Positions 29,961 through 44,170 are shown, counted from the first letter of the stretch. The stretch is 64,000 nt of DNA from Eledone cirrhosa (GCA_964016885.1 OZ024746.1:17050001-17114000), one strand, 5' to 3'. Translations and numbers: made by a program. The notes: a model not told the origin generated them from the letters alone.

Positions 29961-30649
29961 GAGTTACTAATTGCAGATGCAGACTGCTATACTTGTAATG
30001 AGTAGGTATTTAGGCATATAAATGGATATTTAAAAATAATTGTGGCTATTTAGCAATATATGTAGATAATTTAACAGTATAAATTAATATTTATCCTTCT
30101 GATACCAGACTCCCCGAAACCACTCCTAATTCCATGAATGATTAAAAGCTTTTTTTTTAAGTGTGTATATTTATCTAAACCACTTCTATCATAATTTTAT
30201 GTCAGAACCTTTATATTTCAAACACCATTTTAAAATGCATGAGTTAAATTAGTAAAGTCTTAGAAATTTTTGATTATTTTCATAGCTAATTGAAAATCAT
30301 AGGCTGTGTAATTTCATTTGAAATATTGTAACAAACGGTTATAATATAGCAATCATTTTTATCGTTTTTACATCTGTTACTAAAGAAAAGTGCATTGAAC
30401 TTCACATATCAAACAGTTATTAGAACATTGGACATAATACCTTGTGGTATTTGTTTTGTCTCTGCTCTAAGTTCAAATCTTGCTGAAATTATCATTGCTT
30501 TTCAACCCCTCCGGTTTGATAAAAGTACCAGTCTTCAACAGTGGATTAGTGTTGGTCGTGTTGGTCGTGGTGGTAGTGTTGGTCGTGGTGGTAGTGTTGG
30601 TCGTGGTGGTAGTGTTGGTCGTGGTGGCGGTTGTGGAGGTAATTACTAT

Positions 30650-30684
<35 letters not shown>

Positions 30685-31360
30685 TTTTCAATGAAATATC
30701 ATTGAGTGTTCATAAGACAATGCCAAGTCACATATCTGTGATGGATTTAATAAGAGAATGTCTCATGGTTAGTAATACATACATCCATAGATTTATCACC
30801 CAACAGACAAGGCTTGTTATATCTACCCCCCACACAGCCATTTCTCTCTCTCTGTCTTTATTTTTCCTTCTTTCTCACCCCACTACATAAAAATCTCCAT
30901 TCTCTCTCCTCAATCTCCCTCTCTTACACCCTCCTCCTCTTTTCCTGAAACATTGTCTAGGAGTTTGTGAGGTATTTTTCATTGATAAATAACACTTGTA
31001 ATAATTTGGCATCCTGTCAAGAATTAGCAAGATTTTCAACACTGTTTCTTATTGCTTTTCTCCTCCACTTCATCACTATCATCACCATCACCACCATCAT
31101 CACCACTACCATCATTATTTTTACATCACCTTTTCCATGCTGGCATGGGTTAGATGAAATGTTTTGAGTATTCTACAGTTAGATGTTATTTCTTGATGTC
31201 AGCCCTTAGTTTGGTACTTATTACACACATCAATCCACTTAGATACAGGATATAAACAAACTGCACTATTTGTTTTTAAATGGTGTCAACATGAAGGCAT
31301 GGAGAAACAAACACAAACTCACACATACATTATTTTATTTTCATCATATATATAATATAA

Positions 31361-31415
<55 letters not shown>

Positions 31416-32434
31416 AAGACCATCATGTGTGTGTGTGACGTGCATGATATAGTGGTTAAGGTGTTGTGTTCTCGAGCATTGTGTTTTTAAGAGAGTTGAG
31501 TATGATTTAAGAATGATACAGCTGTTATTTCTAGCATGTGAAGTACCTGTATACCTGTCTCTCATTGATTTAGTTTCTTGGTTGTTACTTCATTGTTTCA
31601 CTCACGTATCAGCTTTGGCCACCCTGTCCTCTTTTTTTTAACTTATTATAAACAGAAAAAAGTCATGCAGTATAGTCATCCATTTCTAAGATTGTAGAGG
31701 GATATTTGACTGCCAGTTCTACCAGATCAAGTAATCATTTATATCTACTTTGTTGATTTGAGGTGTTCACACTTGTTATAGTCACACCATATATGGTGGT
31801 CATACCTGGTATAGTCACACCATTTTCAGTGCTGCTATTTATTGAATTAACATGTCCTTGCATTTTTAAGACCTGGCGTGATTTGAGGAAGATCTGGCTG
31901 CTATTTAGTGAATCAACAAACCATTATTCCATTATGTGGTGGTATCTATTTACCGTTAGGTAAACTGTGGTGTTAAGAATCATATTTATTGGCCATATTA
32001 GTAACAGAATATGAACTCTTAACACTTTATATCTCACTTCCTTTATGATTTGGACAGCTATAGCCCATAATAAATAATGAAGAATTTTTCATGGCTGTTA
32101 ATAACTATCACAGTAATCTCACTTTCCTTTTTATTATATTCACATGATTCATTATGCTCACACCTTAATTAGTGTACTAATTTAAGATAACTATATGATG
32201 TGGCGATCAATAATTATTGTTCAGGATTAAATTGAATAGTAGAGATTTTCATATTTTATATTGTTTGTGTAATGTTATTACGTGTAAGACTAGTAGCTAG
32301 CAATACATCATATAATGACCTATATCTATTTCACAGTGATGTAGTCAATTGCTACTGTTCTGCTCACACTTTGCCAAAGAATACACAAATATATTTTCAC
32401 TCATATTCTACTAGAATGTATCCAAGAAAAGCCA

Positions 32435-33040
32435 CCTGTCTGATAGACAACCATCACTGTGTCTTTACTGTGTCTGGTGGACAACTTTCACTGTCTGATA
32501 GACAAGACTCCACTGTGTCTGTTAGACAAGACTCCGCTGTGTCTGACAGACAAGACTCCGCTCTGTCTGTTAGACAAGACTCCGCTGTGTCTGATAGACA
32601 AGCCTTTACTGTGTCTGATAAACAGACCTTTACTGTGTGTGATAGACAGACCTTCACTGTGTCTGATAGACAGGCCTTTACTGTGTCTGATAGACAGGCC
32701 TTTACTGTGTCTGATAAACAGGCCTTTACTGTGTCTGATAAACAGACCTTTACTGTCTATCAGACACAGTGAAGGTCTGTCTATCAGCAGACCTGCACTG
32801 TGTCTGATAGACAGGCCTTTACTGTGTCTGATAGACAGACCTTCACTGTGTCTGATAGACAGGCCTTCACTGTGTCTGATAGACAGACCTTCACTGTGTC
32901 TGATAGACAGGCCTTCACTGTGTCTGATAGACAGACCTTTACTGTGTGTGATAGACAGGCCTTCACTGTGTCTGATAGACAGACCTTCACTGTGTCTGAT
33001 AGACAGACCTTCACTGTGTCTGATATACAGACCTTCACTG
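32435..33040. repeat. 24-bp minisatellite with one inverted segment at about 32756-32787
   Basis: Unit ACTGTGTCTGATAGACAG(A/G)CCTT(C/T). Inverted piece TCTATCAGACACAGTGAAGGTCTGTCTATCAG. Confidence 0.93.
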
Positions 33041-33440
33041 AGTTTATAAATCCAGTACTAGTTGAGGGTGGTGGATCAACAGAATTGCTGGATGTATCTG
33101 TTCTAGCTTTGTGCATTCTTAGTTCAAATCCTGCCTCTTCCACAAATAGGGACATGATAGACCTGAGATCCCTATCATTAAAATCTCCTAGAGACCTATG
33201 GAATGCAGCCTAATAGGAGGCCAGCAAAGCCTGCACAGTTGTAAGCTGTAACAACAGCAATATGCCCAACCACATCTGTGTAAGCCCCCCCCCCCCTTCA
33301 AATTAGCCTAATTATTTTTGTCATTATTGTTATTGCACGGAACTATGTTTATTGTGCTTCTTACTGATAATCAGCTTAAGGAGAGGAGGAGAAAAAATAT
33401 ATATCAACTAACTAGTAGTACTGCAGTACTATTACTTAGT

Positions 33441-33496
<56 letters not shown>

Positions 33497-33500
<4 letters not shown>

Positions 33501-33818
33501 AAAAAACGAAAAATCAGTGATGCATCTGGACTCAATTTATTGCGTGTTACAATTGTTTCGCCGGCAGGTAGCTCGAGACATGGTCCCTTGTATGGATCTG
33601 GCTGATTCTACGGCGGCAGGTTCCTTCAGACACGGGTAGTTCGTTCGGAGCAAATTTTATCACTGCTCCAAATGAACTACCCATGTCTGAAGGAACCTGC
33701 CGCCGTAGAATCAGCCAGATCCATACAGGGACCTTATCTCGAGCTACCTGCCGGCGAAACAATTGTAACACGCAATAAATTGAGTCCAGATGCATCACTG
33801 ATTTTTCGTTTTTTTATA
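33497..33818. mobile_element. Fold-back element, about 155-bp arms and 11-nt loop, with hammerhead-like motif; probable inverted pseudo-LTR of a Penelope-like element
   Basis: 33497-33652 is the near-perfect reverse complement of 33664-33818. The arm reads CGTGT-CTGAAGGA...GGC-GAAAC-AATT-GTA-ACACG-CAATAAA. Bounded by (TA)n. Confidence 0.7.
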
Positions 33819-33904
33819 CTATCTACACTCTACTCTGTTGAATATTGAGTGCTAATTTTGGGATACCGCCTATGGAAGCACCATAGCTACCATTATACAC
33901 AAGT

Positions 33905-34506
33905 ATATATATATATCAACTAACTAGTAGTATTGCAGTTCTATATATATCAACTAGCTAGTATTACTGCAGTGCTATATATATCAACTAACTAGTAGTA
34001 CTGCAGTGCTATATATATCAACTAACTAGTAGTATTGCAGTGCTATATATATCAACTAACTAGTAGTACTGCAGTGCTATATATATCAACTAACTAGTAT
34101 TACTGCAGTGCTATATATATCAACTAACTAGTAGTACTGCAGTACTATATATATCAACTAACTAGTAGTATTGCAGTTCTATATATATCAACTAACTAGT
34201 AGTATTGCAGTTCTATATATATCAACTAACTAGTAGTACTGCAGTGCTATATATATCAACTAACTAGTAGTACTGCAGTACTATATATATCAACTAACTA
34301 GTAGTACTGCAGTGCTATATATATCAACTAACTAGTAGTACTGCAGTGCTATATATATCAACTAACTAGAAGTACTGCTCTCTGTAGAGTCAAGATTATT
34401 GATGTAATTATTCAATAAAGTATTTACTAACTGTAGGTGTAGACAGCAGTACTATTAGTTAGTTGATATATATAGTACTGCAATACTATTACTTAGTTGA
34501 TATATA
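33905..34506. repeat. 34-bp minisatellite, about 14 copies, plus inverted copies at 34447-34506
   Basis: Unit TATATATATCAACTAACTAGTAGTACTGCAGTGC. Confidence 0.93.
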
Positions 34507-34566
34507 TGAATATAAAGTGATATTTAGAAATGCTGTGTCAAGAACTTAATAACTTCTAACCTTTTG

Positions 34567-35425
34567 AACCCTGACCCACTGCTACATGTGTGTGATACCC
34601 AACCCTGACCCACTGCTACATGTGTGTGATACCCAACCCTGGCCCACTGCTACATGTGTGTGATACCCAACCCTGACCCACTGCTACATGTGTGTGATAC
34701 CCAACCCTGACCCACTGCTACATGTGTGTGATACCCAACTCTGACCCACTGCTACATGGGTGTGATACCCAACCCTGGCCCACTGCTACATGTGTGTGAT
34801 ACCCAACTCTGACCCACTGCTACATGGGTGTGATACCCAACCCTGGCCCACTGCTACATGTGTGTGATACCCAACTCTGACCCACTGCTACATGGGTGTG
34901 ATACCCAACCCTGGCCCACTGCTACATGTGTGTGATACCCAACCCTGACCCACTGCTACATGTGTGTGATACCCAACCCTGACCCACTGCTACATGTGTG
35001 TGATACCCAACCCTGGCCCACTGCTACATGTGTGTGATACCCAACCCTGGCCCACTGCTACATGTGTGTGATACCCAACCCTGACCCACTGCTACATGTG
35101 TGTGATACCCAACCCTGACCCACTGCTACATGTGTGTGATACCCAACCCTGACCCACTGCTACATGGGTGTGATACCCAACCCCGGCCCACTGCTACATG
35201 GGTGTGATACCCAACCCTGACCCACTGCTACATGGGTGTGATACCCAACCCCGGCCCACTATTACATGGGTGTGATACCCAACCCCGGCCCACTGCTACA
35301 TGGGTGTGATACCCAACCCCGGCCCACTGCTACATGGGTGTGATACCCAACCCTGGCACACTGCTACATGGGTGTGATACCCAACCCCGGCCCACTGCTA
35401 CATGTGTGTGATACCCAACCCTGAA
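34567..35425. repeat. 34-bp minisatellite, about 25 homogeneous copies
   Basis: Unit ACCCTGACCCACTGCTACATGTGTGTGATACCCA. Confidence 0.96.
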
Positions 35426-36787
35426 CATCTGTATGAAAATCACTGAAAAATGATATAACAAATATAGAAATTTGCCAAAAATAATGTTAAGGTCCTCTCA
35501 ACTCCAACTAAAGTAATATTGTATAACAACCACTGATTCAAGCAGGAAGTGGTTTTTGGCCTGTTTTGAATGAATATAGCCTTCCAAACTGTTGGATATT
35601 GGTAAAAACTCATTACGTACTGGAATTGTGAAACAAAAACTATAATTTAAACAACACTTAGAACATTTCAAACATCAAAATATTAAAACTTCATAAATAT
35701 ATTCTCCACTCATGAGAATTGTGTTGATAACCTGCTTCGGGTTATAAATGGGGTTTGGACTTTTGCCTATATGTAAAATATATATATATATATATTTGAG
35801 TAATTTTGTAAGTCTTTTGGAAAATAAATTCTAACTTAGCAGATTTACTACTACATGTGGAATATGTTATTTGTAACCTTCTGGTGTTCCTATCCAACCT
35901 TTGCTAGCAGGGAAAGCGGAGCTTAAAACGAAGATGATGATGACCGTGATGATGTAACTGTCCAGTGTTCATCAATAATTGAAAATTTGGTGGATTTGAC
36001 AAAGGTGAAAATGGGTGAATTGGAATTGAATTTGAAACGACTACACGTACAATTGTGTGGATTAGTGTTTAAGTTGCTCGGTTCATGATTGTAAGGTTGT
36101 GAGTTCGATTCCTGCCTGCATCAGGTGGCACATTGTATCCTTGAGCAAGATTCTTTATTTCACGTTGCTCCAGTGGTCTGATCACTTATCCCTTTCTACT
36201 GTATTAACGATATCAAAAGCTCTAGTAACAGAACAAAGTGATCTGTTGCTGAGGCTGTTCTCTCGTTTCTCCACACCAGGATGAGACAGAGCTGTTCCTC
36301 ATCAGTAAATGGAAAATAACAACAAAAATGAATCAGAAAGAAGAAAAATAAAAGATTTACTTTGTCAATTATTTGTTACAACAAAGAATGCTGATGTTTC
36401 ACTTTAAACATTTTTGAGGCCAAGTAGTAAAGTTAACTAGGCTTCAGTGGGATTTGAACTCAGAACACAAACACCTGGAAGAGATACTGCAAATCATTCT
36501 CAATAGATCTCAGAATGAAGTAAATGAAAATATCTCATCCAATTCACTAGATTCATTGTGTATATATACATTTAGGTAGGGCTAGTCTTAGAGTTAAGAT
36601 TAGGGTTTGCTCATTGGTGTGTGTGTGTTTGTATGTGTATGAAATATATGAGTTGAGCATGTGAAATGAATCTGGTAAGTTGAATGAGATATTTTCATGT
36701 TTTTCATTTGAGATCTATTTTCAATGACACCCAATTATTCACTTATGTACCCCTTTGTTAATTGGCCTTAAGTCTAAGAAAAAAACT

Positions 36788-36844
36788 CACCATCTTCATC
36801 ATCAACACTACCATTATCATCATCATCTTCATTATCAATAGCAT

Positions 36845-36876
<32 letters not shown>

Positions 36877-37180
36877 CAACCAACCTTACAACCACCATCA
36901 TCACCACCACCACAACCAACCTCTCAACCAGTACTATCATCATGATCATGGCCATTCTCACCACCACCATCATTATCATCATTATCGTGACGGCAACCAT
37001 TCTCACAAATATCATCATCATCATTACCACAACTAACCTCACCACCACCACCACCACCACTATCATCATCATGACCACAACCATTCTCACAAATATCATC
37101 ATCAGTACCACAACTAACCTCGCCACCACCATTATCATCATCATGACCATGACCACAGCCATTCTCACAAATATCACCAA
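36788..37180. repeat. Degenerate (CAT/CAC)n tract
   Basis: Low-complexity tract giving poly-I/T and poly-V/M ORFs. Confidence 0.9.
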
Positions 37181-37870
37181 GATTATTATATAGTGTTTAC
37201 CAGATTCATATTTGTATGCTAACATCAGCCTTGATCTTTATATAGCATTTATTGTCATTAGAACATACCAGAATATATGTGCTAAGTAAAATTGCAGCTG
37301 AGATTAGCGAGTTATGTTCTACTTCACATTTTAACTATTTGAGGCTATTTATGAGGGGCTGTTAGTATAACCCCACCCCCTACACATAACATCAAACATA
37401 CTTAAACTATTAAAGAAAATGTTTTAAAAACAAAGATGTACAGAAAAAGAGCCCCCTCCCCCCACTTGAAAAACTGGACCGTGTGTTTTCTTCTGAAGTG
37501 ACAAAAATAAATAAAATGTAGGAGGGGGTACATCCTTCACCCCGCCCCCACCTCCCACCACAAAAAAAAATTCTAACCACACTACTACTCTTACCTATCC
37601 TCTCCAGATTATCTGCACTAAGTATAAAGGTGGGGTGTACCCTGATCTGGTGACCCAGAAGTTTAGAGTTCATATTTTCATTGCAGGTGTTTATTATTGC
37701 TACTGATTATTTACCTAGACAAGGATCTTGGTTTAGTGTTTACTCTAGCAGAATAGGTAGACAGGTCCTAAAAGAGGGGCAATTTAATAGGGAAATACCA
37801 AGGTGACTGTGAATTAATTAAGTTATATATATATAATTTGTCTCTCATTAGAGAGGAATTCATATCAGAA

Positions 37871-37914
<44 letters not shown>

Positions 37915-38073
37915 CAATATCGGAGAAAGCTTTTTAGCGATACTCCGGCCAAATTCCAACTCACTCAACAAACATTAGGAAATAAGTGATTATATTCCTA
38001 ATTAAGCGTTCAGGGTGCTAACTAAAAGTATTGCGTGTATTATTTCATATGAGACATATCGAATATATCTCTT

Positions 38074-38200
38074 CCCAGACGGACGTCTCGTTTCATTATA
38101 GGATTCCTACAATTTGGGTGAAATTATACCAATTTATGTAGGAGCTTGTATACCATCAATAGATATATATCCAAGTGGGCTCCTATAATTCATCAGTGGG
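38074..38200 (-). ncRNA. Type I hammerhead ribozyme motif
   Basis: Minus strand: CCCA-CTGATGA-ATTATAGGA...TCCTATAAT-GAA-ACG AGACGTC CGT-C-TGGG. Stem I 4 bp, stem II 9 bp perfect, stem III ACG/CGT with palindromic GACGTC, GUC cleavage triplet. Confidence 0.8.
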
Positions 38201-38509
38201 TGCCCCAATAATACTAATATTGATAATCTAATCAACATCAGTATTTAGCGATAATCATCATCATCAGTGCCTGAGGTATCTGTCAGGGTTGCTAGTCCAG
38301 CAGTTCTAAAGAAATGCTCAAACTGATTCGAAAATGAGGAAGTAAATTACCGCCAAAAAAAAAATAATACATGCGCATGACAATGAACTCTAAAAGGAAT
38401 TTAGGCTACTATATATATATATGTAGGAATTCTGATATGAATTCCTCTCTAATGAGAGACAAATTATTTTCTTCATACCACTGCTTTTACAATAATAATA
38501 ATAATAATA

Positions 38510-39620
38510 ATAATTTCTAATTTAGGTGCATAGCCAGCAATCTGGTTGGAGGAGAAAGTCTATTATAATGACCCCCCCCCCCTCATCCCCAGTACTCGAC
38601 TGGTATTATATTTTATCAAGCTCCTAAAGTATGGAAGACAAAGTTTTAATTCAAAATGGGTTTGGAACTCAAAATGTAGAGCCAGAATAAATACTTGCAA
38701 AGTATTTTGTGTGACATGCTAAAATGATTCTTCTAATCCACTGCAGCACAACAACGATTTCTTTGTTAACCTCAAAGGTTTACATAGAGATCAAATGCAA
38801 TATAGAACAATAGTATGGATTTACATGTAAAACATTTAAAAAAGGAAAATAATTAAAACAATCTGAAACATTAAAAAGCCATAAATTCTAGTGGTGAGGG
38901 GGAAGGGGCTATATATATAGACAATTGAATTCATGCCCGGTATATTGCTGGTACTTATTTTGTTGGTTCTACACCCAGAATAGAAAATCAGTGACTGCAG
39001 AATTTGAAGTTACCGATAATGGCAGTGGTGGTCACCATGGCAACAATAATTTCCTACACATTGGGTTTTAGAAACGGGATGGGTTGTGAAATTCTTACAT
39101 TGATGATGATGATGATGATTGTTTCTAAGGTTGAAAATTTAGTTGGGTTGGTTGATTTATAATATGGACCCCAGTACTTGACTGGTACTTTATTTTATCG
39201 ACCTTGTAAGGATGAAAGACAATTAACTTCAGTGGGATTTGAACTCAGAACAAGTACTGCAAATAATTTTCTTCAAATCCCTAACAATTCTGCCATAATA
39301 ATGGTTTCTAATTTAGGCACAATGCCAGCAATCTAGTGGAGGTATTAAGCCCAGTACTCAACTGGTACTTTATTTTATCAACCCTGGAAAGATCTTACAA
39401 AGAACATAGAGGGATGTAACAAAATACTGCAAAGTATTTTCTCCAATGTGCTCATGATTTTGTCAATTCACCATCAATAATCATAATAATTCTGTCTAAC
39501 ATCAAGCCAGCAATTTTGGTGGAAGAGAAAATATTGACCCCAGTACTTAACTGGTATTTAACGACCCAGAAAGGCAAAGTTGAACTCAGTAAGATTTGAA
39601 CTCAGAATGTAAAGAGCTGA
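38510..39620 (-). mobile_element. Cluster of about 4-5 degenerate head-to-tail SINE copies (family of 50010-50203)
   Basis: Repeated CCCAGTACT...ACTGGTACTTTATTTTATC...GATTTGAACTCAGAA. Confidence 0.75.
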
Positions 39621-40794
39621 CCATGAGGGCAGCAATACTGTCATTTAGTATTTTGTGAAGCTAATTTAATTAATATTTCAGTGTTGATAACTTATGGTAG
39701 GTAGAAGTTTGTTTAGCTGTCTTCCTCTTAACATGATCCTCTTATCAGCTTTCTTCTTCAATTAACTTGTTTTTAACAGCTTAACTCAAAGCACAAATCA
39801 TACACGGTTAAGTCCCTTATTAAAACAATTCAATAAGATCGGTATTTACACAGTTATGTATTTCTCTATAAACTATATACACATGCCTAAAGAACAAAAA
39901 GAAGTGGTTAATCAATGGTAACAACAAGAACAATTGTTATATCATAATTTCACTCCCTTTCTATATTTCTCCATGTTTCCTGCTTAAACTGTTTTTATAC
40001 TAATCCTTCTGAAACCACTTCTGTTTCTGCAATACAAAACTATTTTTAAATGTGCATTTAAAAGATCGTCCGTTGTAATTTTATTCAAGAATCTTTGTTA
40101 AGTTGTGTTCCAAACACAAGCTTTATAATGGAAAAATGTTATTTTACTAAATCCCTCCAAATTCTTGATTATTTTCAAAATGATTTAAAACACAGAAAGC
40201 ACTTCATTAAGCATTAGAGTTAAACAGATCTTAACCAGTTCTCAACTGTTACAGTAGCAAATATGTAGCAGAAGTATGGTTAGTATTAGAACATACTATC
40301 AGAAGATAGTCGAGTTAAACAGATCTTAACCAGTTCTTAACTGTCACAGAAGCAAATATGTAGCAGCAGTATGGTTGATATTAGAACATATATAACTATT
40401 GATGATTTAGAAACTGGATTCTCTTGTTAATATTAATCACAATGGTATGTATTACAAAGATTCAACAAATATCTGCTGTTTGAACAGCGTCTTAATAATA
40501 ATAATAATGAAATTATTGTGTAAAGTGCTCAGGTGCACTACAACTCGTCAATATAGTACATAGAATAATACACAAATGTCAGGGAAGTACATGTTTGTAT
40601 GTGTTAGCTGTAGTGTTGGCGGATCTCGGGAAGCATGGAGGCCTTAAAGGATGCAGTGTCTCGACAGCTAACAACTGATGCAGGATCTTATACAATATAT
40701 TGCTCCCATCTTGTCTGAATAAACTCCTTTTAATTACTACTTCCTAAGGTGGTTTTTAGGAGACAAAAACTGAACTTTGCCCCTACACTCCTAA

Positions 40795-40847
<53 letters not shown>

Positions 40848-43637
40848 TACATAGATAGAGAGAGAGATGTAGCCTTTTTTTCATTCTACAGCTATTATTA
40901 CAACAGGCATTGCACCTATAAACTTCCTGCTTCCATTCTAACTTCACCCAACATTTTTCACTACTTCCTCAGTTCTTTCTGTTTACCAACCACAACTATA
41001 TTTTCTTTAACTCTTCTTCTCAGAAGTGATTCTCTCTAGAGTTTTAGTCCAACCCTTAAGATATTACTTTGTTTATTTTTAGTCAAAATTATTTCCTCTA
41101 AATGTTGCATTTTTTGTGATGGTGGTGGTGGGGTATTCCACTTGATAGTAACCAAACAAAAGTCAGGAAGTTGTTATAAAGTCAAGAGAGGAAGGGCAAT
41201 GCCAATAACCTGTTTCAGAGCCTTCAGCGAGGGAGTGAGGTGGCCTTAAACTAGAGACCTCATCTGAATGCTTGCAACAGAATAAAAATATGAAGAGGTG
41301 CAAAATTTTCACTGGTTTATTATGCCTGTTTATTAGAGTGGTGGCAGGAAAAGTGTCTTTGCCTCTCCCCAGAGACTGAGAGCCTTTGCTACCCACTGAA
41401 AAGAGTCCTCCTTCAAATACCAGACCTCATTTCTTCTCTCCATACACAAACTTTGTTTTTTGTTAATATAAACCATTGTCTATTTTCTTGAACTCTCGTC
41501 CCCATTTTTTCCACACTAGCATGGGTTAGACCTAACAAATATATCCATTCTAGCCATCTTCTTGTTTAGGATATATCAGATTACTGCTGGATGTATCAAG
41601 CCCCTTCTATTTCTTTCTGTATGATTAAACAGTTATTGAAGATTTTTGGTCCTCCAATTAACCAGTGCTGCCACACTAATTTGGCACTGACCTGACACTG
41701 TCAGTTTGACATTTTTATCAATTTGTCTTCCCAGACAGAGACTTTCTTCCTACTCCTACAATGTACCAGCCATAGCCATTAACTTTTGTCACATATGACA
41801 TATATTCATTGTATATTATCCATTGACAAGTTATGTGATATACTACTGGATCATTATTGCCTTATCCAGGACCTTATACCGGATCAGGGTGATATAGTAA
41901 TGCATCTATAACCCTTGTGGATGCTACTGTTATATTTCAGACCTGGGAGTTGTATCAGCTAAGAGTTAAGTCCAGTCTTCTCAATATCTGGGATTTCCCA
42001 ACACTGACTCTGACATGAGATGTAGTTTAAAGTTATAACCAGGACATGTTATACTCTACCTATTCTATCCATACTAACAAGGAAGATATTTTTCTCAAAA
42101 AATGAAGAAATGAGTAAAAGACAAAGTAAATTTTTATCTTATCAGTTAAAACAAGCAGAGGGAAACATTATAGAAATAAACATGAAGTCAATAAACCTTC
42201 CTTTAGATTTTTCAAATGTTTCCGGTACAGATTGATATATCTAGCTGAATTCAGTCATTACAAGACTATTGAGAAGAAAGATAAGTGTCTATTAATTGAA
42301 ATATTTTTAAAATCTTACTAGTGGGTAGGTTTGAGCACTTAAGAATTGTTTAAAAAATGCACTCAAATGGAATGGAAGTACTTAATTAAAATGAAAATTC
42401 TAAACTAGTTGTACTAATTAAAAAAATAAATACTTTTAAGGTTATATCATTGTATGATACATGTCAAAACTTCACTGCTATTAACTTTTTCTTCTTTTAG
42501 TAAAGGGCATCCAGCTATAGAAACTGTGCCAAAAATGAGGGTTGAAGGGATTCTTCACTTGCATCAAGGGCATATCAGTCTCCCTAATACTAGTACCATA
42601 TTATAATACATCTAGTACATTCTATAAACTGTTTGGCATTATAAAGGGTATTCAGTTGTAGAAACCATGTCAAAATTGAAATGTATGCCAGCAAGACGTG
42701 GCCCTCAGTCAGTATAAAGAGAACAGAGGCTCCAGTTAAGTACTTACTTGGTCTCCAACCCATGCTAACATGGGAAAGTAAACATAAAATGATGATGACA
42801 GTGATGACTAAATCTAATGTTTGATTTTGTTCCGTGAATTTTTATGACTGTTCTGTTTATTTTTGAAATCCTCATTCTGAACAAAATGTAAATTTTGTCT
42901 AGATTTCTGAGATAAGGAATTATTATACAAGTAGCATTTTAAGACCATTTTCTCTGCTAAAGCAGGTTTTATATGCATCAATGGGGTAATTTCTTAGCCA
43001 ATATTTTATAACTGGATGCCCTTCCTGGCACCAGCCAATGAAAGTTGCTTCTTACAACATGCAGGGATATAGTGTGTCTATTGTGAACCAGATACATACA
43101 ACAAGCAGTATATGAGGAATTATAATTATTATTAACTAATTTATTTGGACTTGTCTGCCTGCTTTTTGTGAATTCCATCCTTGGTTTATTGTATTTATAT
43201 ATACTCTAGTTTAAGCAGAACAAGTGACAACACAATTAATATAAAGAAATCCCAGGCATGGACAACAGAATGAGAACAATCTACCTCCTGTAATTTGAAT
43301 ACAGGGTTTGGCTTGAAATCCTAAGAACATTATTGAATACAACAGGACCCCGAAGATGGTCAGAGGGTACAATAGCTGAAACATTGTGATTTATAACAAC
43401 CAGGATAAGATTAATAGTCTGATTATCATCATCATTGTTTTTATGTCCACTTTTTCATGTTGTCATGGGTTAGATATGAGGATTTGAGACATTTTACAAC
43501 TGGATGCCATTTCTAACACCAACCCTTTCAGTTGTTTTTTATGACATGCAGGGATATAGTGTAGCTATTCTAAAGCACGGAACACACACTATATCAGTAT
43601 ATAAAGTTTTGTGCTGTTTAGTTGTCTATTTTTATAT

Positions 43638-44170
43638 TCATCATCATCATCATCATCATCTTCGTTTAACGTCCATCTTCCACGCTAGCATGGGTTAGAC
43701 GGGAGTTGTCCCACTTGAGGCAAGGTTGGTCGGGTGACCATGTCTCGCTCATATAGGACTATCTGGCAGGTTTTCTACGGCTGAATGCCCTTCGTAACAC
43801 CAACCACATTGACAATGTGGACTGGGAACTTTTTACCGTGTTACCTACACAACCACATTACAGCGTGGACTGTGTGTTTTTTTTGTCGTGACACCCACAC
43901 GATCTCGATCTCGATCATCTCATTTATTTGAACTGGATGTTGTGGTACCAACTTTACAGAGAGAGGGTGGTGTTGGTGGGAGGATAGAGTAGGGGTAGTG
44001 GATTGGGGTGTATATTTGATTAAGAGGTGCCTACTGACTGTAGGTTTTGCTTTGTACTTAGGCAAGGCAGGTCTTCTGTATTACTGCGTAGTGCCAAAGA
44101 TCTCGGTCCAGTGACATTGTCTTAGAGAGGTGCTAGTATGTAAGGTCGGAATTTATCAAATCATCCCAGG
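43638..44170 (-). mobile_element. RTE LINE family B, 3' fragment
   Basis: Matches 15254-15750; (ATG)n tail. Confidence 0.88.

Noticed and set aside
32272-33213. Long repetitive ORFs in several frames
   Set aside because: They arise from a 24-bp unit lacking stops in most frames; no splice or homology support.
34567-35425. Regular 34-bp array as a CRISPR (also 32435-33040 and 51440-52290)
   Set aside because: No unique spacers, no cas genes, eukaryotic context; these are plain minisatellites.
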